From positions 2,848,001 to 2,912,000 of the forward strand of contig CBDFJF010000002.1 of the NCBI GenBank assembly GCA_965248265.1: DNA of 64,000 nt, in the 5' to 3' direction. Under the pieces are notes generated by a model, which worked only from the letters and a program-made list of their open reading frames with translations, was not told the origin of the DNA and ran no database searches. This DNA comes from Candidatus Latescibacterota bacterium. GTDB taxonomy: Bacteria; Latescibacterota; UBA2968; UBA8231. The position numbers were made by a program, and so were the translations under genes. Below, one piece after another: positions 18,722-27,661 of the stretch; positions within the stretch are counted from its first letter, which is position 1; every line of letters starts with the position of its first letter.

Positions 18722-19599
18722 GATTCCGGAGGGCGCTCCCTGCTCTCGCACTTCTTGTGGCTGTTCTGGCAGGATGCCGAACAAACGATGTTGGATCCGC
18801 CATCGAAGACTTGTCGAATCCGAAAAGCAGAATTCGCCTGAGGGCAGCCTACGCGTTGATAAGGCATGACTCCTCTGCGGTGGAACCACTCATTCAGTGT
18901 GCTGCCACAGGGTCGGACAGTCTGCAGTACATCAGCGCACAGCTTCTGGGCCAGATCGGTGATCCGCGAGCCCTGCCGGTGTTGAAGACCCTTGCCGGGG
19001 ATTCGAATGAGCACGTGCGACGCGCAGCTCTGGTCGCCCTGGGCAGCATTGCCGATCGAGAGACTGTCGGTTACCTGGCTGTCATTCTTTCTGAGGACAC
19101 ACTCCCCGACCTGCGAGCGGCGGCGGCTGAGGGTCTCGGTGAATCGGGTGATACGCTGGCGATACCGGCGCTGGTCCATGCGTTGGAGGACACGGTGTGG
19201 TCGGTAAGAAAGCAGGCAGTCGTGGCCCTTCACCGGCTATGGACGCCACACGCGGAGGACGCTCTCGCGCGAGTGCTGGTTCAGGACAGTGAAGAGATCG
19301 TGCGTTTCGTCGCGGCTCAGTCTCTGGGCCAGCGTCGGGCCGTCTCAGCCCGAGATGCGTTGCGGGCGGCTCTGAGTGACAGTAGTGTCTGGGTCCGGGC
19401 CGAGGCTGCACGCAGCCTCGGCATGTTGGGTGATGCGACCGTGATTGAAGACCTGACCTTGTTGTTCAAACACGGGGAGGATGGTCCCGATCATGATGCC
19501 GCCCGTGAAGCCCTGCAAAGGCTCAATCACCCGAGTGTTGATGTTGCCGATTCGGAGGCACCGTACTCGCCTCTCGATCAAACTATGCCCGGGAAGTAG
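18718..19599 (+). CDS. HEAT-repeat lipoprotein
   Basis: GTGA-coupled start; MRFRRALPALALLVAVLAGC lipobox; repeated VRxxAAxxLGxxGD units. Confidence 0.85.
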   Translation: MRFRRALPALALLVAVLAGCRTNDVGSAIEDLSNPKSRIRLRAAYALIRHDSSAVEPLIQCAATGSDSLQYISAQLLGQIGDPRALPVLKTLAGDSNEHVRRAALVALGSIADRETVGYLAVILSEDTLPDLRAAAAEGLGESGDTLAIPALVHALEDTVWSVRKQAVVALHRLWTPHAEDALARVLVQDSEEIVRFVAAQSLGQRRAVSARDALRAALSDSSVWVRAEAARSLGMLGDATVIEDLTLLFKHGEDGPDHDAAREALQRLNHPSVDVADSEAPYSPLDQTMPGK

Positions 19600-19642
19600 G
19601 GTCAACATCATGGCGAATCCATCACCAGGCGGAGGGAGAAGA

Positions 19643-20356
19643 ATGAGTGTCACGCGAACGGACATCAGCACCAGTCTGAAGTCGATGGGCCTGAAGACCG
19701 GTGACCGCGTCATGGTCCACAGCTCCCTTTCCAGCATCGGCCATGTGAAGGGGGGAGCGCCGACGGTGGTGGAGGCGTTTATCGAAGTGCTGGGACCGAC
19801 CGGTACCCTGATGGTGCCGACATTCACTCACAGCGGCTGCGAGTATTTCGATCCGCTCGTGACTCCTTCCTTGAACGGGGCGATCACGGAAGCGGCCCGG
19901 GCTTATCCCGGAGCGGTGCGCAGCCTTCACCCGACCCATGCGTTGACGGCCATCGGTTCTGATGCCGACGACTTGCTCAAGAATGATCTGAATCGCGGCG
20001 CCTTGGGCAGGGATTGTGGCCTGGACCTGCTGATCAAGAAAGGCGGCTACGTCTTCCTTCTCGGGGTAGACCACAAGTCGAATTCGTCCATCCACATTGG
20101 CGAGGACTACGCCGGGGATGACCGGCACAAGGCGATCTCCCCAGAGAATCCGAAACTCGTCATCCTCAACCATCCTGACCGAGGTGAAGAAGAGATCACG
20201 CTGACAGAGATGATGGGTGGCACCGCCGCCTTCGATCACATGGGAGAAACGCTGCGGGCAAGAGGTCAGCTGATCGAGGGTACAATCGGCGAGGCGACAT
20301 GCCAGCTGATGAAGGGGGACGATATCATCGCCGCGACACTGGACATCCTGAAATGA
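19643..20356 (+). CDS. AAC(3)/YokD-family N-acetyltransferase
   Basis: VMVHSSLS, GTLMVPTF, RSLHPTH, LLGVDHKSNSSIH; SD GGAG upstream. Confidence 0.88.
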   Translation: MSVTRTDISTSLKSMGLKTGDRVMVHSSLSSIGHVKGGAPTVVEAFIEVLGPTGTLMVPTFTHSGCEYFDPLVTPSLNGAITEAARAYPGAVRSLHPTHALTAIGSDADDLLKNDLNRGALGRDCGLDLLIKKGGYVFLLGVDHKSNSSIHIGEDYAGDDRHKAISPENPKLVILNHPDRGEEEITLTEMMGGTAAFDHMGETLRARGQLIEGTIGEATCQLMKGDDIIAATLDILK

Positions 20357-20419
20357 ATAGAGACCCCCCACTCAATCACACATGATACCGGTGCGCCTGA
20401 GAACTCAAAGGAGGCTACA

Positions 20420-21196
20420 ATGACGGGCGATTGGAAATTGGCTTTCGAGCAAAGCAGCGATCTTGAGACGGTTAGCGGCAGCGCTTTGGCTATGGCCGAT
20501 GCTCTTCGCCGCGGTGCCGATCTGCGGCTGTACATGACGACGTCAACGTATGAAGAGACGCTCTACTTCCAGCAGACCTATGCCGGTGAAGGAGAGGCGT
20601 TCGCCGGATTGATGAGCCACCACCACTCCTACGTATGGGACGGAAAGCCATTCGACGAACCCTACGTATGCCTGTTCAAGTACGACGCCTCGGGCAGGCT
20701 TTCCATGGTCAAGTGGTTACTCGGGGACCGGGCCGAGGATCACAGCGCGGCGGGGAACTACGGTGTGTATCGCTGGTTCGTCTGTGACCGCTGGCGGCTG
20801 GTCTATGAGCACGACGAACAGGGCACTTGCGTCGCGGGCGACTTGAGTGAGCTGATGGAGGCGGTCAGAGCTGGACTGTCCATTCGCGTGGGGGTGCGCC
20901 AGCTGTTCGGGCTGAACGAAGACGACGCAGGCGGACCATCCCACCTCAGCTTCTTGACGACCATGCAGCCGATGATTCAGGACGGTCATGTCCTGTCCAA
21001 CTGCGACTTCACCCTGGTCGGGGCACCGCAGTGGCCCTTCGAGTGGAGCGATGGACTGCACATGGCGGTATTGCGGCCGACGACTTCAGGTGAATTCGTC
21101 TGTTTTCTGGCCGAGCCTGGCAAGCTGCCGTTCCAGCGACACATGAGGAGGCGCGCCATGCAATGGATGATAGCTGAGCCTTCAAGCGAAGCTTGA
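20420..21196 (+). CDS. Hypothetical protein with twofold internal repeat
   Basis: SD AAGGAGG; WKLAFEQ...GSALAMADALRRGADLRL versus WRLVYEH...GDLSELMEAVRAGLSIRV. Confidence 0.8.
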   Translation: MTGDWKLAFEQSSDLETVSGSALAMADALRRGADLRLYMTTSTYEETLYFQQTYAGEGEAFAGLMSHHHSYVWDGKPFDEPYVCLFKYDASGRLSMVKWLLGDRAEDHSAAGNYGVYRWFVCDRWRLVYEHDEQGTCVAGDLSELMEAVRAGLSIRVGVRQLFGLNEDDAGGPSHLSFLTTMQPMIQDGHVLSNCDFTLVGAPQWPFEWSDGLHMAVLRPTTSGEFVCFLAEPGKLPFQRHMRRRAMQWMIAEPSSEA

Positions 21197-21221
21197 AGGC
21201 TTCGTACGAGCGCTAGAGCGC
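21181..21221. terminator. Hairpins between convergent genes
   Basis: TTCAAGC-GAA-GCTTGAA at 21181-21197 and AGCGCT-AG-AGCGCT just downstream; no clear U-tract. Confidence 0.3.
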
Positions 21222-21225
21222 TTCG

Positions 21226-22062
21226 CTACAGAGCGGCCAACCGTTCCGGGGCTTTCCCGATATAGTCGAGGGACTCCAGGTTGGCCAGCATGCCGCGCGG
21301 TTCGAAGGTGAACTCGCCCGGATAGTCGATAGCGGCCAATGTTTCGAAGATCTCGCGCCACTGGAGTTCGTCCCCCTCGACCAGCGGGGGTTGGTGACCA
21401 TCCCCGTCCACGAAGCCCTGCAGGTGGATGTGGCGCAGGTGGCGTCCGCACTTCTCTATGGTTGTCCGTGCCTCGCCGGCTATAGCCATCGGATTGGCAC
21501 CATCCGGTTTGTACTCGTGGCATACGTCGAGGATCATGCCGACGTTGGGAAAATTCAGGTGGTCGAGGAACTTGACGCGATCATCGACCTGGACGCCGGC
21601 CCGGTTGAAGTTTTCCACGGCGATGACGGCAGGCGTTCCCTCGATATGTCGTGCCAGGTCGACGTAGCTCTTCTCCACGACTTCATCCCAATCCGCGGCG
21701 TGACAGCACCAGAAAGTGCCGCCCAGTTCCAGCAGGGTATCGATTTGACGGCGACAGACGTCGACGCGCTCCTCGCGCTGGGCCTCGGTCTCCACGCCAT
21801 TGAAGCTGGTCATGTAGGCGTGATAGGCGGGAACCTCAATGCCGCACCTGCGGCAGATCTCGTCGACGATGCGCATGGAACGCATGTCGCTCAGATCGTA
21901 CTGGTCCTTGCTCTCTACCAGTTCGATACGCCTGATGTTGTTCCGTGTGAGTTCCTGCATCGACTCGTCGCAAAAGGGCCGGTAGCCATTGAATACCAGA
22001 GTGGAAATAGAGGAGCGCTGCCTGATTTCGTCCGCGGTATAGTAACCATTTGTTCCAGCCAT
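21226..22062 (-). CDS. Sugar phosphate isomerase/epimerase (xylose-isomerase-like TIM barrel)
   Basis: IAVEN, ILDVCH, HIHLQG, IDYPGEFTFE. Confidence 0.85.
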   Translation of the reverse strand: MAGTNGYYTADEIRQRSSISTLVFNGYRPFCDESMQELTRNNIRRIELVESKDQYDLSDMRSMRIVDEICRRCGIEVPAYHAYMTSFNGVETEAQREERVDVCRRQIDTLLELGGTFWCCHAADWDEVVEKSYVDLARHIEGTPAVIAVENFNRAGVQVDDRVKFLDHLNFPNVGMILDVCHEYKPDGANPMAIAGEARTTIEKCGRHLRHIHLQGFVDGDGHQPPLVEGDELQWREIFETLAAIDYPGEFTFEPRGMLANLESLDYIGKAPERLAAL

Positions 22063-22388
22063 GTGGGCTCTGTTCTCCTATGCGTGGGTTGCCGGGGCAG
22101 GACAACTGCCCTCTATTTTGTGAAACGTAACTGGTAATCCGATCGAAATACAGCATTCTCGTTTAAGGAAGGTTTTTCTCCGTGACAACAACCGATTCGA
22201 CCGCTCCCCTGACTCCGGAGGAGATCCACTTCCGCGAAGCCGCACAAGTCCTCGTCGGCGGCATGTCAGGAGCTGCCCGTGAGAACGCGGCCCTCGGGCG
22301 CCCCATGCTGGCTGTGAGAGGCGACGGTGCGCATCGTTGCATCACATGGCACTGAATATCTGCACCCTGCGCGGAGGCGGACGTGACG

Positions 22389-22644
22389 ATGATAAAGATC
22401 GGCTATTTCGGTTTTACCGACGGCGATGACTACTGGCAGAGGTTGGAGCAGTCACGTACGTCATTGGACGTCTTCGTCCATCTCAGCGAAAAACATGGCG
22501 TCAAAACCTGATATCAAACCCACAGCGGTCAGTGCATCGGTTCGAATTGCGCTGGGCTCATGCATCTGATCCGGGATTTTGACGCCGGCCATCTGGGCTC
22601 GCGAGGACGCCTCGTACCTGAGAGGGCTTGCCCGTGAACGATAA
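22389..22644 (+). pseudogene. Xylose-isomerase-like barrel relic
   Basis: MIKIGYF...KHGVKT*YQTHSGQCIGSN...LIRDFD with in-frame TGA at 22509, joined out of frame to a terminal REDASYLRGLARER*. Confidence 0.6.
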
Positions 22645-22695
22645 CCCCTGCCGGGGTGCCAGCCCTCACATTGCCCCGCACGCACGTACCTGGCC

Positions 22696-23925
22696 GTGGT
22701 GAAGACGGACGTCAGCAGTGACGGGTGGCGGAACGACCCACGGACTCAGCTGTGGTGGTGTAACCTCCTACACATTTTCAACGACGGCTATCTGGCCAGT
22801 CTGGCACTCTTGCTGCCGTTCATGGCAAAGGATCTCGGCCTGAATTACACCCAGTCGGGGCTGATCAAATCTACGACCAGTATTGCCATCAGCGCGGCGC
22901 AGATTCCTGCCGGGCTGGCAGCCGAGCGGATCGGCGAGATCCTGGTTCTGGGATTGGGAACGGCCTGGTTCGGTCTGAGTTACGCCGCCATGCTTCTGGC
23001 CGCGGGCTACCCACTGGTTCTGCTGCTGGCCTTTTCGGCCGGGGCAGGAGGCGGTGCCTATCACCCCGTTGGAACGGCTCTCATAGCCAACATCTTCCCA
23101 CAGGGACGAGCCGGTTCAGCCATCGGCATGCTGAATTGCTTTGGCGATGTGGGCAAGGTGGTTTTTCCCGCCGCTGCCGGCATGCTGGTCGTGGCCGTCG
23201 GTTGGCGTTGGAGCTTTGCTGCACTGGGCGTTGTTGGGGTGCTGGTGTCTCTGCTCTATGTGCTGTTCTATCGCCAGGAGATCGTTGAGAGGCTGCGGCC
23301 GGTGGCGCGGCAGCGACTCGATCAGCAAGATCCTGGTCGCAGGAATCTGCGGCGGTGGTTGTCCCGATGGGGGATCCGCGCCCCGAGGCAATTTGCCCTG
23401 TACACGACCATCGGTTTCGTCGACGTGGCCGTGCGCACGGCGGTCACAGCTTTTCTCGGTTTCGCGCTGATCGAAAGAGGGGCTGCCGACCACCAGCTTG
23501 GCTGGTTGATGTCGCTGACGTTTTTCGGCGGGGCCTGCGGCAAACTCCTGTGCGGGGTCCTGGTGGGTAAGTGGGGATCCAAGTCCGTCATTTTCGTCAC
23601 CGAAATACTGATGATTCTGGGGTGCCTGGCGATGCCCTCGGTGCCCGCGGGGTGGCCGATGCTGGTTTTCCTGCCAGTGTTCGGATTCGTCCTCAACGGC
23701 ACCTCTTCCGTTATCTACATAGGTCTGGCGCCGACCTTCACGCGGGAGCAACGCAGTCGGGGCTACGCACTCTATTACACGACCAACTTCGTTTCGACGG
23801 CGGTGTCGCCGTTCCTGTTCGGAATGGTAGGGGATGTGTTTGGTCTGGGAGCCATATTCCTCAGCGCCGGTCTGGTAATGATGATGGGATTGCCTGTAGT
23901 CTTTTTCGTGCGCGAGGGCTATTAA
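22696..23925 (+). CDS. MFS transporter (Fsr-like)
   Basis: About 12 TM segments; HIFND, GLAAERIG, AYHP, GMVGDVFG. Confidence 0.9.
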   Translation: MVKTDVSSDGWRNDPRTQLWWCNLLHIFNDGYLASLALLLPFMAKDLGLNYTQSGLIKSTTSIAISAAQIPAGLAAERIGEILVLGLGTAWFGLSYAAMLLAAGYPLVLLLAFSAGAGGGAYHPVGTALIANIFPQGRAGSAIGMLNCFGDVGKVVFPAAAGMLVVAVGWRWSFAALGVVGVLVSLLYVLFYRQEIVERLRPVARQRLDQQDPGRRNLRRWLSRWGIRAPRQFALYTTIGFVDVAVRTAVTAFLGFALIERGAADHQLGWLMSLTFFGGACGKLLCGVLVGKWGSKSVIFVTEILMILGCLAMPSVPAGWPMLVFLPVFGFVLNGTSSVIYIGLAPTFTREQRSRGYALYYTTNFVSTAVSPFLFGMVGDVFGLGAIFLSAGLVMMMGLPVVFFVREGY

Positions 23926-23934
23926 AAAAAGCCG

Positions 23935-26900
23935 CTACCGCATGACCTGGATGACGCCCTGGCGCAATGGGGCATTGCCGGCGGAGATCTCATACAGGTA
24001 GGTGCCGTTGGCCAGTTCCGGTTGAGGCTGCCAGGGGATCTGGTTGTAGCCCTGTGTCCCTGCGGCCTCGATTTCGGCGATCCGCTTGCCAGCGACGGAG
24101 TACACGCGGATGTGTACTGTCTCAGTCGCCTGTGAGAGCGAGAAGGTGAAGTAACCGTCCTCTTCATTCAATGGATTGGGATGAAACAGAAGCTTGCTCA
24201 GGCCGTCCACATCCGAGACGCGGAAGTCCAGGCGCGCCTCAGCCCAATTGTTGTAGGTATCCCAGGCTTCGACCTGCAACCTGTGGAGTCCCTGTTCGAG
24301 TCCCGGCATAAGGACCTCGAAAGCGCCCTCCCGGTAGTCGCTGCCGGCCTCATAGCGCTCGGTCACATCGGTTACTTCACCATCGATGTGCAGCTCGATG
24401 CGGTGTCCGATTTCACCAGTGACGTTGATCCCGCCTGGATCGCGCAGTCGAACCTGCAGCAACGCGGAAGGAGCCACCTGCAATGCCTGCCTGCCATTCG
24501 AGACGGATCGTCCGTCGAAGCTGAAATCGATCTCGGGACCTTGAGTATCCACCGGGGCCGATTCATCGGTACTCCCAAGGGGAAAGGGGCCGGCTGAGCC
24601 GTAGGCTGACAGCTGGCCGTCCCAAGCGTAGGCGGATATGCGTCCCTGTTTAGCACCGTAGGTGATGTCCTTGGGCACGCGAAAGGTGGTCTCGAAGCGC
24701 CCCCCGACGACTGGGACAAGGCCGCGGAAAATCGGAGATCCAGGCTTCTGGTACCTGACGGTGTCACCCCGATCCGGTTGCACTCTCTGTGTAGTGGAGT
24801 CGAGCACCAGGACGCGAGCCTGACCTGAGAAGTCCTCCAGGGAATTACCCTGCTCATCCAGTACACGCCCGGCGATCCGAACCTCACCAAGCGCTCGTAA
24901 CGTATCGGTCGCGGTCTCCAATTGTACGGACAGGGAGGGGAAGGCTATGCGCATCATCGGGTCGCCGAAGAGATTGTAGCGCAGGATCTTGCGGATATCT
25001 GCATCAGAAATCGCTTTCGCCTCCATGAGACCCAGGCCTACAGGGCTGTTCTCGCGGCCGGCGCGGAACATCAAGCGGTGGAAGTTGCGCGCCAGCCGCA
25101 TGTTGCTCTCGTGAAAGCCGACGCGAGTGGCACCTATCATGCCAATGATACCGCCGCCAGTCCTCTTCAGAAGCGCTTCAGGAATGGAATCACGCAGCGG
25201 ATCATCGAACACAGCCATTTGACTGGCTGCGGTGTAGACGAAGGGCAGACGGCGATCGTTGGCGATGGCGTCCAGGTCTTCAGAAAGGACAAAAATGTGC
25301 TCGTGCGCGAACACACGGGAATTGCCGTGCCCAATGTAGACGAGTAACACCGAGCCCGCGTTGAAGCGATCGACGAAGGCATCGCGGGCGCGCGGCTTGA
25401 AACGACCTTCGAGGGGGAACTCCTGCAAGTAGAGCTTGTCGATGTTGACATTCGTCGGCAGGAAGCGGGCAGCCATCTCCTCGGAGTCGTTGGCGAACAT
25501 GGTCTCGATCAGGGTCATGTCGTCCGCGTTGAAGGTATCATCCGCTATAAGCAGTACCCGGGACTGCCAGTCGCCGGCTTCGGGATCGGCGTCGTAGGCG
25601 ATCAACTTGCCAACGACCGTTTGCGCATCGAAACTCGTCTGCACCGGCAGACGCCGAATGGCCATGTCCGGCAACTGATCGTCACCGACGACGCAGACAA
25701 ACCAGTCGTCCGAGGTGAGGTCCTGGTCCTGGAATGGTGGAATCCAGTTTCCCGTCGACGTGCCTGAGTTGTTCTTATAATCGTAACTGCCATCGCCAAA
25801 AAGCAGGACGAACATGGGAGCAGGGTTCCAGTTCGTGGTCGTGTAGGCCAGGAAGTCGCGGATGGCGATGGGATCGAACAGGCCTCCGGAGAAGCTGTCA
25901 TATATATCCTGTACGTCGACGACGGCCGTCGACGGGGCCGCCCCAAATCGGTCGTCCGCACCGCGCCAGGCTGCCAGACGTTCGGCTTGGTCGATGAAAT
26001 CGGTGTGGGCGATGATGAGGTACTCGGCCCCGACGATATCGGCATCTCTGAGATCAGTACCATCTACCGCCTCGATCCGGTCAGGCGTCTTGAATCTCCT
26101 GGGCGTCAGTGCAGCATACCGCTGAACCGCGTTTGTGCGATGTCGAAACATCACCGTGCCGGCTTCCGCGTCGAAGCGTGCATCGACGATCTCCGTGAGG
26201 CCATCGGATACCTCGAACAGGCGTGGCCGCTCTGAGAATCCACTCAATCGATACTCGACGACACCGTCAGCGTCTGCAGTATCAAAGAGCAGCTCGCCCC
26301 GTTCGGCCTCCAGACGCCGGTCAAGTTCCAGTTCATACCAGTCAAAAAGGCTCAAGTCGCCGATGACATTGTCGAGGGTCAGCTCGTTCAGGCCGTTTTG
26401 CGCCCCGTTGTTGGCTGTGTACTCGAAGAGATGAGATTCCTCTGTTTCGAAGAACGCACTACCAATAGGCTGGTTGTTCCAGTTTACTTCGAATCTTCGG
26501 CCCGATTCCGTACGCGCGACGAAACGAAGGCGGATCGTGATCGATCCAGCAACTGGTTCGCTGATGAAGAGCCCGAAGGAGTCGTTGTCGCCGCCACGGA
26601 AATCCTCCCAGTACCATTCCAGGCCGGATTGGATGTTCCCGGCGGCTTTATAGGTCGTCGCCGTCTCTCCTTCTTCGTGCACGCGCATGCGGTGAGTGTC
26701 TACCGTGCTCGCAGGTGCGTCAGGGAGGGATGATTCAATCGAACCACGAGCGCCACTGTCCGCACCAAGAGAAATCCAGTAGACGTTGTTGTTCGTGTAG
26801 GGATGCTGCAGGAACCGATATTCACTTGTATCGGGATCGCGATCCCACCGGTTCAGGGATTCGCCGTAAAAGAGGAAGGAGTCGCTGGCGTCAAAGCGGC

Positions 26901-27657
26901 CATCCTCGCCATCCTCGATGAGGATCTCCATCTCGCCCAGGTCGTGGCCTCCCCCGGTACCCAATTCGCGAGGCAGTACCTCGCCGCCACCATACAGAAG
27001 AGCAATATCACCGGGTGAGAAACTGTCGAGGTCAATGCCCGCCTGCTGCAAGTCAGAGCCGAAGACCTGGTAGATTCCGGTCTGAGTCAGACTGATCCTC
27101 AGTAGCGGTACGTCCGCAAGGGCGAATGCCTTGCCTGCTGTTGCCGACGATAAATTGCGGCGCCACCTTCTGGCTTGCTGGTAGTTCACGAGAGAACTGG
27201 AATAGAGTTGTTCGGCGTACGGATTGAGGCGAGAGATCGAATAGTCACCCGCAGCCGGCGGCAGGTGCAGGTCGACGACGATCTCTTCGTACCCGGATCC
27301 CTCCGGGGTGGAATCTGAAAACCAGATCTCTACGACTCGCTGCTCGCGCAGGAAGGCATGCGTTCCCAGATAGGCCGGCCCTGGCCCTGTTGGTCCGCAT
27401 TGAGTGTTTCTCACCACGGACGAGGTTTCTGCCCTGACGACAGACAGGGTGACCTCTCCCTCAGGCGGAATTCCAACGAGGGCTTTGTGCACGCAGGGTG
27501 GGGTCGCCGGATTCGTGGCATCACGTTTGTATGCCAGGCGCAGCAAGTCTTCACGTTGTTGTATCAGGCGCACGTCAGCGATCGCCGCCGTCGACAGCAC
27601 CGCCGACAACAGAGCGGCCATGGTGATGCCGTTCCGAAGAGCAGTCAGGTGGGACAA
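23935..27657 (-). CDS. porU: Type IX secretion sortase PorU homologue (peptidase C25 plus CTD)
   Basis: HPYTNNNVYW, IYDSFSGGLFDPIAIRDFL, LLFGDGSYDYKN, YIGHG, YNLFGDP, DTQGPEI, AWDTYNN and a PNP...IRVYSVAGK...NGTYLY CTD. Confidence 0.9.
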   Translation of the reverse strand: MSHLTALRNGITMAALLSAVLSTAAIADVRLIQQREDLLRLAYKRDATNPATPPCVHKALVGIPPEGEVTLSVVRAETSSVVRNTQCGPTGPGPAYLGTHAFLREQRVVEIWFSDSTPEGSGYEEIVVDLHLPPAAGDYSISRLNPYAEQLYSSSLVNYQQARRWRRNLSSATAGKAFALADVPLLRISLTQTGIYQVFGSDLQQAGIDLDSFSPGDIALLYGGGEVLPRELGTGGGHDLGEMEILIEDGEDGRFDASDSFLFYGESLNRWDRDPDTSEYRFLQHPYTNNNVYWISLGADSGARGSIESSLPDAPASTVDTHRMRVHEEGETATTYKAAGNIQSGLEWYWEDFRGGDNDSFGLFISEPVAGSITIRLRFVARTESGRRFEVNWNNQPIGSAFFETEESHLFEYTANNGAQNGLNELTLDNVIGDLSLFDWYELELDRRLEAERGELLFDTADADGVVEYRLSGFSERPRLFEVSDGLTEIVDARFDAEAGTVMFRHRTNAVQRYAALTPRRFKTPDRIEAVDGTDLRDADIVGAEYLIIAHTDFIDQAERLAAWRGADDRFGAAPSTAVVDVQDIYDSFSGGLFDPIAIRDFLAYTTTNWNPAPMFVLLFGDGSYDYKNNSGTSTGNWIPPFQDQDLTSDDWFVCVVGDDQLPDMAIRRLPVQTSFDAQTVVGKLIAYDADPEAGDWQSRVLLIADDTFNADDMTLIETMFANDSEEMAARFLPTNVNIDKLYLQEFPLEGRFKPRARDAFVDRFNAGSVLLVYIGHGNSRVFAHEHIFVLSEDLDAIANDRRLPFVYTAASQMAVFDDPLRDSIPEALLKRTGGGIIGMIGATRVGFHESNMRLARNFHRLMFRAGRENSPVGLGLMEAKAISDADIRKILRYNLFGDPMMRIAFPSLSVQLETATDTLRALGEVRIAGRVLDEQGNSLEDFSGQARVLVLDSTTQRVQPDRGDTVRYQKPGSPIFRGLVPVVGGRFETTFRVPKDITYGAKQGRISAYAWDGQLSAYGSAGPFPLGSTDESAPVDTQGPEIDFSFDGRSVSNGRQALQVAPSALLQVRLRDPGGINVTGEIGHRIELHIDGEVTDVTERYEAGSDYREGAFEVLMPGLEQGLHRLQVEAWDTYNNWAEARLDFRVSDVDGLSKLLFHPNPLNEEDGYFTFSLSQATETVHIRVYSVAGKRIAEIEAAGTQGYNQIPWQPQPELANGTYLYEISAGNAPLRQGVIQVMR

Positions 27658-27661
27658 GCGA

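Noticed and set aside
19643-20356. Aminoglycoside resistance gene
   Set aside because: The AAC(3)/YokD family includes many non-resistance members, and there is no mobile context.
22509-22511. Selenocysteine TGA
   Set aside because: It lies in a fragment lacking its 5' end and carrying a deletion; no convincing SECIS hairpin follows.
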